From assembly GCA_963842085.1 (NCBI GenBank), contig CAWJET010000002.1, positions 640,001 through 704,000 on the forward strand: a stretch of 64,000 bases of DNA, read 5' to 3'. This DNA comes from an uncultured delta proteobacterium. GTDB lineage: Bacteria; Desulfobacterota; Binatia; Binatales; Binataceae. A model generated the notes under the pieces. That model saw only the letters and a program-made list of their open reading frames with translations. It searched no databases and was not told where the DNA came from. Position numbers and translations under genes: made by a program. This document shows positions 57,715-64,000 of this stretch, piece by piece (within the stretch, counting starts at the first letter, position 1; each line of letters begins with the position of its first letter).

Positions 57715-58719
57715 TCAACCGAGCCACTTAAGGTTTCTCGACGTTCCGTCGAAGGTGTCGCGCGTCTTGTAGTATTCGAACTGGCCACCCTTCGCGGCCT
57801 CCGCCGTCTTGGCGAGGATCGCCGCAACCTGCGTCCCGGTCAGCGGCCGAAACGTCCGCACTGCGTCGAGAGCCTGCTGAAGATATCCGATCCATTCGCA
57901 TCCGGTGACCAGCGTGCCGATCGGCAGGTTCATCGTGTAGTGGAGCGCTTCGAGCGGCGTGACGGTTTTACTCTGCAGGATAAAATTGTCGCCGAAGCAC
58001 TTCATCGCGATCACGCCCATGTTTTTCTCGAGCGCGACCGGCAGCACATTGTGCTGGAAGCTGTCGTAATGCGCGTCCATGACGTTGAGCGGCATCTGGA
58101 CCGTGTCGAAAGTGACGCCATATCGATCGGCCAGCCGGATCATCTTGAGCAGCATCGCCGGAGTCTTATGACCCGAGAAGCCGAAGAAGCGAATCTTGCC
58201 GGATTTCTTCGCCGCCAGCAGCGCTTCGATCGCGCCGTCGCGGCCGAAGACCCGGTCGGGATCGTTGTCGCGGATCACTTCGTGAATCTGCAGCAGATCT
58301 ACGTGGTCGGTCTGCAGCCGCTTCAACGACTCATCGAGTTGCGAATCGACGGTCCACCGCGTGCGCCCGTCAACCTTGGTCATCAGGAAGACCTTATCCC
58401 GGTAGCCGTCGCGCAGCGCCTTGCCCATTCGGAGTTCGCTCTCGCCGAGATGGTAATCCCAAGAGTTGTCCATGAAGGTCACGCCGTTGTCGATCGCGGT
58501 GCGGACGATCGCGATCCCGTCGCGGGGGTCCTTAGGTTGTCCGATATGGTAGCCGCCGATGCCGATGAGCGAGACCTTCGCCCCCGTGCGCCCAAGCGTC
58601 CGATATTGCATCCCACCGGAGCGCGCGATCGACGCCAGCGCTTTGCCGGCAGTCATCGACAAGAGCGCACCAACCCGAGCCGCCATCGCTAGAAATCGTC
58701 GTCTGGTCACAATCTGCAA
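57715..58719 (-). CDS. Aldo/keto reductase with twin-arginine-like leader
   Basis: TRRRFL leader; YRTLGRTG.KVS, MDNSWDY, MTK, SLKRLQTDHVDLLQIH. Confidence 0.92.
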   Translation of the reverse strand: MQIVTRRRFLAMAARVGALLSMTAGKALASIARSGGMQYRTLGRTGAKVSLIGIGGYHIGQPKDPRDGIAIVRTAIDNGVTFMDNSWDYHLGESELRMGKALRDGYRDKVFLMTKVDGRTRWTVDSQLDESLKRLQTDHVDLLQIHEVIRDNDPDRVFGRDGAIEALLAAKKSGKIRFFGFSGHKTPAMLLKMIRLADRYGVTFDTVQMPLNVMDAHYDSFQHNVLPVALEKNMGVIAMKCFGDNFILQSKTVTPLEALHYTMNLPIGTLVTGCEWIGYLQQALDAVRTFRPLTGTQVAAILAKTAEAAKGGQFEYYKTRDTFDGTSRNLKWLG

Positions 58720-58845
58720 CCGCTCCCTTCAGCGCCGCATCTTATACGGATGAAAGTGCTGACTCGACTCACGCTTCCCGACCGATGCTTGAAACCTGTC
58801 ACAACAAAATGATGCGCACGGAGAGGGCCAGCCTTTCCGTCAAAT

Positions 58846-59217
58846 TCAAGCACCTGACTTCGCGGTTCGGCGTAATCGCGGCGGCTTGGGAAGCGGGCGG
58901 CCGTCGGCGCGGGTTGCGATTTCGATGAAGCGGCTCAGCGCGGCGCGCAGTTCGGCAACGGCGAGGCCCATGTGCTCGGGTGGAATAGGGTCGAGCTTGG
59001 CCGACGCTTTCTCGTACAACGACCGTGCGCCTTCGAGGTTTCCACGCTGCGCATGCAGAATCGCGACCGCGGCCTGTATCAGTCCCTGGTAGAAGAGTTT
59101 CGTCTCACCGTCGGAGCGCTTCCAGATTTCCTCCCACGCCTCGTGACACTCGAAAAACCGCCCCTCGTTGAAGAGGTCGATTCCTCGCTCGTAAAAGTCT
59201 GGGTGCGCCCGCTTCAC
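58846..59217 (-). CDS. DUF309 family protein
   Basis: GIDLFNEGRFFECHEAWEEIW, YQGLIQAAVA..H..RGN..GA. Confidence 0.9.
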   Translation of the reverse strand: MKRAHPDFYERGIDLFNEGRFFECHEAWEEIWKRSDGETKLFYQGLIQAAVAILHAQRGNLEGARSLYEKASAKLDPIPPEHMGLAVAELRAALSRFIEIATRADGRPLPKPPRLRRTAKSGA

Positions 59218-59879
59218 ACGATTCGATGTTCGGATGCGACGATGAACGGAAACGGTACGGACAGGAAGTTCGGCTCGTCGAGGCGCACTTTGACGTACTC
59301 GTCGGCGTTGCCCGAATCCCGCACCGCTTGAAAGTCGTCGAACCAGAGCTCGGCGACGCCGTCGTAGCGCGGTGCACGCCCGTCCGCGTATCCGGACGGC
59401 CGCACATGGCATTGCACGTAGCGCCTCACCTGCGGAATCTTCGCGGCTAGTGGACCGTGATGCGTTCGCCAGTATTCCTGGAACGCTGCCACCTCGGTGC
59501 CTTGCTTGCGCGTGAGCAGCGAGAACATCTTCACGGCGCCGGCGCCGGGCGTTCCCTCTTTCTGGACGATCTCGTCGACGACGATTGAACCGGCCTGCGA
59601 CGTATCGACGAACTTCGTATCGTCCGCCGAGGCCGCGCGCCGCGGCGGCGAGTCGACGTTGGCGCGTATCGCGTTTTCATCGTCGAACCAGGCCTCGGAA
59701 ATTCCGTCATACAGCGGCTCGCGATTGCGGTAAGCCGACGGCAGCGTGAGCGATGCGACGTACCTGCGCAGTTCCGGGATCGCGCGAATGAGCGCGGCGT
59801 GCTGGTTCAGCCAGTAGCTGCGGAAATCGTCAACGCTGAGACCGGGCTTGCGCTTGAAGAAGTTGAACGCCTTGACCAT
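59214..59879 (-). CDS. EthD-family protein (two tandem domains)
   Basis: RKPGLS..DF..YW...H and YDG..E.WFDD each occur twice. Confidence 0.9.
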   Translation of the reverse strand: MVKAFNFFKRKPGLSVDDFRSYWLNQHAALIRAIPELRRYVASLTLPSAYRNREPLYDGISEAWFDDENAIRANVDSPPRRAASADDTKFVDTSQAGSIVVDEIVQKEGTPGAGAVKMFSLLTRKQGTEVAAFQEYWRTHHGPLAAKIPQVRRYVQCHVRPSGYADGRAPRYDGVAELWFDDFQAVRDSGNADEYVKVRLDEPNFLSVPFPFIVASEHRIV

Positions 59880-59904
59880 CGGGGACGCGCCGCGCTTGCG
59901 CCGG

Positions 59905-60450
59905 CTACTGCCTGGTCGTGCCGGGTTCGAGCTCGACGCCGACCGGCACCAGCACGCGGACGACCATGTTGTAGAAGGCGACGTTCTGCACCAGCTCCAT
60001 CAGGCGGCGCGTGTCGAGAAACGTCTTCAATGCGTTCCAGGTCGCATCGCTGACGCGCACGTTGCTGGTCGCCTCGACGGCGTAACGAATCACGGCGCGC
60101 TCGTGGTCGCTGAACTTCGAGGATTTCTCCCAGTCGCCGAGAGCTTCGAGCTGCTCGCGCGAGACGCCGACGCGGAGCGCGAGGTTCCAATGATGCACGA
60201 ACTCATATTGCGCGTCGGTGAGCCGGCCGACCGTGCAAATAGCGAGTTCGCGGAGCTTTGGGTCGAGCGCGGTTTTGTTGCGAAGCTCGCTGCCGATCTG
60301 ACAGAAGCGGCGCAACAGGTTTGGCGTATGCGCTAGCGCGCGGAAGATATTGCCGACGGTGCCGCCGCGCTCGGCAGCCAGGTTGTCGAAGATCACGCGG
60401 TCGGCTTCGGGAAGGTCCTCGCGATTCAGGTAGGGTACGCGCGCCGCCAT
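59905..60450 (-). CDS. Carboxymuconolactone decarboxylase/AhpD-like protein
   Basis: NIFRALAH.P, LDPKLRELAI, YEFVHH, FYNMV.R. Confidence 0.88.
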   Translation of the reverse strand: MAARVPYLNREDLPEADRVIFDNLAAERGGTVGNIFRALAHTPNLLRRFCQIGSELRNKTALDPKLRELAICTVGRLTDAQYEFVHHWNLALRVGVSREQLEALGDWEKSSKFSDHERAVIRYAVEATSNVRVSDATWNALKTFLDTRRLMELVQNVAFYNMVVRVLVPVGVELEPGTTRQ

Positions 60451-60550
60451 CAGTGCACCTCCTGCTTTTGGTCTCTCATAACCACCTGCACGCGCTGAGA
60501 GCGGAAGCAGAATCTTGAATCGCGCGCAAAAGATGCGCGCTGGAAAAGGA

Positions 60551-60588
60551 CCCTCACCTTCGATCCTCTCGCTTGCAGGGAGAGGGGA
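60551..60588. repeat. CCCTCACC...CCTCTC..GAGAGG palindromic repeat after ilvB
   Basis: ccctcaccttcgatcctctcgcttgcagggagagggga. Confidence 0.5.
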
Positions 60589-60594
60589 AAACGT

Positions 60595-62292
60595 TCAGGC
60601 GAACAGCATCTCGGACATCGCGCCGCCGGGCGGAATCATCGGCATCACGGCCTCTTCCTTGGGGATCACGACGTCGATGAGCACCGGGCCGGGCGTGGCG
60701 AACGCTTCCTTCATCGTCGCGACCAGGTCTTTCGCCTTCTCAATCCGGAAACCGCGCGCGCCGTAAGCGTCCGCCAGCTTGACGAAGTTCGGCACCGACA
60801 TCGCGGAATACGAATAACGTTCGGCGTAAAACTTCTCCTGCCATTGGCGAACCATTCCGAGGTAGTAGTTATTCAGAATGATCACTTTGATGTCGACGTT
60901 ATATTGAACCGCCGTACCCAGTTCCTGGATGTTCATCTGGATCGAGCCGTCGCCGGAAACCACCACCACTTTCTTGTCGGGTGCGGCGAAGGTTGCGCCG
61001 ATTCCCGCCGGCAGTCCGTAGCCCATGGTACCCAGTCCGCCGGAAGTCAGCCACGAGCGCGGATTCTCAAACGGGAACATCTGAGCGACCCACATCTGAT
61101 GCTGCCCGACGTCAGTGGCGATTATGCAATCGCCCTTGACGATGTTGTGCATCTCGGCGATGACGTCGAGCGGAGAGACGCTGTCGCCACGATGACCGTT
61201 CTCGTAGAGCGGCTTCTCCTTCTGCCACTTGAGGATTTGCTGATGCCATTTGGTCCAGTCGGCGTGGCGCTTGGCGATACTCTCGCGGCCTTTGATGGTA
61301 GTCAGCATGTCGGTGAGTACTGACTTGATATCGCCGACAATTGGAATATCGACCTTGACGTTTTTCGAAATTGACGACGGGTCGATGTCGATGTGGATAA
61401 TCGTCTCGGCCTTAGGTGCGAATTCGGAAATCTTGCCGGTGACGCGATCGTCGAAGCGCGCGCCGACGGCGATCAGGCAGTCAGTGTTACAGACTGCGGT
61501 GTTGGTGCCGTACGAACCGTGCATCCCGAGCATCCCCAGCCGCAGCGGATCGGAGGCCGGGTACGAGCCCAGTCCCATCAGCGTCTCGGTAACCGGAATA
61601 CCAAGTCCCTTGACCAGTTCGCGCAACTCGGGCGCAGCGCCGGACCATTGCACGCCGCCGCCGACATAGAACAGCGGCGTCGAACTTTTCTCGATCGCCT
61701 CGATGGCGCGCTCGATTTGGCGCGGATTGCCGCGAATCGTCGGCTTGTAGCCGCGCAGGTCAACTTTCTCGGAAAGGTGAAAGGCATGTTCGGCCTGTTG
61801 CACGTCCTTGGGCAAGTCAACGACGACCGGACCGGGACGTCCGCTGCCGGCAATATAAAACGCTTCCTTGATGATGCGGGCGACGTCCTTGACGTTCTTG
61901 ACCAGGAAATTGTGCTTGGTGCACGGCCGCGTGATGCCGACGAAGTCCGCTTCCTGGAACGCGTCGTTGCCGATCATCGTGGTCGGAACCTGGCCCGACA
62001 GCACCACCATCGGGGTGGAGTCCATGTACGCGTCGACGATTCCGGTGACGGTGTTGGTCGCGCCGGGCCCCGAGGTCACGAGGACGACTCCCGGGCGTCC
62101 GCTGACGCGCGCATAGCCCTCGGCCATGTGGGTGGCGCCCTGCTCATGGCGGACGAGAACGTGCTTGATCTTCGAGTCGAGCAAGGCGTCGTAAGTCGGC
62201 AGGATGGCGCCGCCGGGATAGCCGAAGATGACATCGACGCCCTCGGCAATCAGGCTCTCGATAACGATTTGTGCTCCCGTGAGTTTTTTCAT
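60595..62292 (-). CDS. ilvB: Acetolactate synthase large (catalytic) subunit, biosynthetic type
   Basis: IFGYPGGAILP.YD, RHEQGA.H.A.GYAR, TSGPGATN, DVGQHQMW, GGLGTMG, GDGSIQMN..EL, LGMVRQWQ. Confidence 0.96.
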   Translation of the reverse strand: MKKLTGAQIVIESLIAEGVDVIFGYPGGAILPTYDALLDSKIKHVLVRHEQGATHMAEGYARVSGRPGVVLVTSGPGATNTVTGIVDAYMDSTPMVVLSGQVPTTMIGNDAFQEADFVGITRPCTKHNFLVKNVKDVARIIKEAFYIAGSGRPGPVVVDLPKDVQQAEHAFHLSEKVDLRGYKPTIRGNPRQIERAIEAIEKSSTPLFYVGGGVQWSGAAPELRELVKGLGIPVTETLMGLGSYPASDPLRLGMLGMHGSYGTNTAVCNTDCLIAVGARFDDRVTGKISEFAPKAETIIHIDIDPSSISKNVKVDIPIVGDIKSVLTDMLTTIKGRESIAKRHADWTKWHQQILKWQKEKPLYENGHRGDSVSPLDVIAEMHNIVKGDCIIATDVGQHQMWVAQMFPFENPRSWLTSGGLGTMGYGLPAGIGATFAAPDKKVVVVSGDGSIQMNIQELGTAVQYNVDIKVIILNNYYLGMVRQWQEKFYAERYSYSAMSVPNFVKLADAYGARGFRIEKAKDLVATMKEAFATPGPVLIDVVIPKEEAVMPMIPPGGAMSEMLFA

Positions 62293-62341
62293 CGACCGAT
62301 TTTCTGACGTTTTTGTTTTGATTTGAGCATTCAAAGTTACA

Positions 62342-62689
62342 CTACCAGCAGATACCGGCACAACTTGTGCTGGAAAACGGGCACTGGTTCGGTTTAACGA
62401 ACTGACAAACTGAGCCAACGCCGACATCGCGCAACTGGTCACGCTCGGTCATGCAGTCGGTGAAGGTCAATAGAACGCGCTCCCGCCGCGAAAGTTCGGA
62501 GTGCGACCAGCGCGATTCGGTCTGATCGAACAGAGGCGAGACGAGCAATTCATACCATCTGTTGTGGTTCTGGGAACCTTCGCCTACCATCGGTGGGTTC
62601 GTTCCGTCAAAATTAATATTTCGCGCACGCCGGCGCCTCCCGAAGCCGAGCGAGCCGGGCGGGTACGGGACATCCTGGCGGTTGACCAT
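62342..62689 (-). CDS. Small hypothetical protein (115 aa, FDGTNPPM family, copy B)
   Basis: MVNRQDVPYPP...NFDGTNPPM...SQNHNRWYE; homologous to 8152-8394. Confidence 0.5.
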   Translation of the reverse strand: MVNRQDVPYPPGSLGFGRRRRARNINFDGTNPPMVGEGSQNHNRWYELLVSPLFDQTESRWSHSELSRRERVLLTFTDCMTERDQLRDVGVGSVCQFVKPNQCPFSSTSCAGICW

Positions 62690-62862
62690 AGCGTATGTGT
62701 AGCACGCCAAATCCGCCGAGGTCAGGCTGAACTAGATCATCCACAAAGCGGGGCCTGAAAGCAAAATTGGAAGCAGCGACTCTAAACCGGTACCGGCTTC
62801 GCTGGCGCGAAGCTGTCCGAGATCCTTCCTCAGCTCGCCGGTGCTCGCGTCGTCAGGATGAC
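62548..62862 (-). repeat. Dispersed element, copy B (homologous to 7974-8293)
   Basis: Reverse complement shares the same conserved blocks in the same order and spacing. Confidence 0.85.
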
Positions 62863-63055
62863 AAAGGGCTGCGCGCGTTGCTCGCGTCGTCAGGATGACA
62901 GAGGGCTGCGTTCGCGTTGCTCGCGTCGTCAGGATGACAAACGGCTGCGTTCGCGTTGCTCGCGTCGTCAGGATGACGGAGTGGGCGCTTGCGTCGCTCG
63001 CTTCGGTCAGGATGACAAAGGGGCTGCGCGCGTTGCTCGCGTCGGTCAGGATGAC
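62841..63055. repeat. Tandem array of 6 units of about 37-39 bp, each ending GCTCGCGTC(G)GTCAGGATGAC
   Basis: Core repeats end at about 62862, 62899, 62938, 62977, 63016 and 63055; the linkers resemble each other (aaagggctgcg..cgcgtt). Confidence 0.92.
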
Positions 63056-63076
63056 AATCACAACGGGTTCTGACAG

Positions 63077-63523
63077 CTAGTAATGCTGCCCGGGCGCGAA
63101 GGGGCCGCCGCCCTGCTCCGTGCCCATTACTTCAAAAGTCTGATTGTTCGCGGCGAACATGCCGCGGACCGTCATGGTCTGGCCGGGCTGCATCTTCGCG
63201 AAGGTGTCCTCGCCCAGACCGGTGACGTTGAAGTTGGGTTTGTACTGGCGGACCAACTGCCAGACGTCCGGCCAATGGATTATGCCCCTGGGATCATCGA
63301 CGTAGGCGTCGTTGAGCACGAACTTGTAGGTTTTCCCGTTTACGCCCATCGTGACCACCTGCTTGTCACCGTAGATCTGCCCGGGCGCGGGCTTGGTGAT
63401 GACCAGCGTGGTGGTGAGAGGAATCATCATCGGGCGCATCTGGGCGTCTCCGCGGGCAGCAAAACAAACGATCGCCAAAAACGCCATCGCGAACATAGTG
63501 AGCGTGGAAAGAGTTTGTTTCAT
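63077..63523 (-). CDS. Hypothetical secreted protein (148 aa)
   Basis: Signal peptide MKQTLSTLTMFAMAFLAIVCFAARGDA-Q; beta-rich mature part; high-GC3 codon usage. Confidence 0.75.
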   Translation of the reverse strand: MKQTLSTLTMFAMAFLAIVCFAARGDAQMRPMMIPLTTTLVITKPAPGQIYGDKQVVTMGVNGKTYKFVLNDAYVDDPRGIIHWPDVWQLVRQYKPNFNVTGLGEDTFAKMQPGQTMTVRGMFAANNQTFEVMGTEQGGGPFAPGQHY

Positions 63524-63665
63524 GCGAGTGACCTCGGCCGCTCCGGCTGAATCATAGGGAGTGCGTCGATGAACGATCAAGCGGGACATTTTCGATGCGA
63601 GCCTAACTACTGTAAGATGGCCGGCGACGCGTCCGGAATCGGCGCGATACACCCGGGGAGGACTC

Positions 63666-64000
63666 ATGCGACTGTCATCGCTCCGAATCATGGCCGGAAC
63701 CCTGTTGGCAGCGATACTGTGCTCGTTGCCGTCTGCGCAAGCCGGCGTCAAGCCCGGCGACGTGATCACCAAAGATAATGCGTACAAGGTCGCAGAGCTG
63801 CTGAGCCCCGGCAACTACGTGCTGGTCCGCGAGGGCATGCAGCTCAGGATCGTGCCGACCGACAAGCTCGACTGGCCGCCGCCGTTCAAAACCGCGACCG
63901 AGAAGTACTCACCCCAGGTCCAGCTCGGGCCAGACGGCAGCCTCAAGGGTTATGTCGCCGGGCAACCGTTTCCGCTGCTCGATCCGAACGATCCGCAAAT
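63666..64000 (+). CDS. DUF1329-like secreted protein (5' part; runs off the window)
   Basis: RBS GGAGG; MRLSSLRIMAGTLLAAILCSLPSAQA-GVKPGDVITKDNAYKV.ELLSPG...ATEKYS.QV.L..DG.L.GYVAGQPFP..DPNDPQ. Confidence 0.8.
   Translation, partial: MRLSSLRIMAGTLLAAILCSLPSAQAGVKPGDVITKDNAYKVAELLSPGNYVLVREGMQLRIVPTDKLDWPPPFKTATEKYSPQVQLGPDGSLKGYVAGQPFPLLDPNDPQ

Noticed and set aside
62841-63055. CRISPR array
   Set aside because: The linkers are only about 16-18 bp and similar to each other, the repeat is a REP-like half-site, and there are no cas genes in the window.
62732-63080. Repeat-protein ORFs (VILTTRATR..., RVARVVRMT...)
   Set aside because: These are translations of the tandem DNA repeat, open in several frames on both strands, with no RBS or coding evidence.

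Overview
A GC-rich (roughly 63-65% by eye) bacterial chromosomal window, mostly housekeeping genes. Gene content and order (rnj-ftsK-lolA-rimO-dksA, dnaG-tRNA-zinc ribbon-rnpB, a DUF1329-like protein) suggest a deltaproteobacteria-like lineage such as Candidatus Binatota; this is inference. It contains tal-pgi/tkt, fabF/fabH, an Ecm-like B12 mutase, pgm, pgsA, nadB, clpS/clpA, rmuC, dnaG, prmA/rsmE/gshB, ssb, ilvB, four tRNAs (Cys, Gly, Ile2/Met-CAT, Phe) and RNase P RNA. Three things stand out. (1) A seven-gene lipid operon (36758-47417) built around an ElbD-like FAR/acyl-CoA ligase/ACP/acyltransferase megaenzyme, with a HAD phosphatase, a lactate-racemase-fold protein, a glucan-phosphatase-like CX5R phosphatase, a phosphatidylcholine synthase and an unknown two-domain protein; it may make ether-linked phosphatidylcholine. 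(2) A HicBA toxin-antitoxin micro-cassette flanked by a 130-bp direct duplication of the clpA 3' end. (3) Two diverged copies, 54 kb apart, of an unannotated ~320-bp element made of a REP-like arm, a hairpin and a small ORF with an FDGTNPPM motif; in one copy the arm is amplified into a 6-unit tandem array. All assignments come from motif recognition by eye; no database searches were run.
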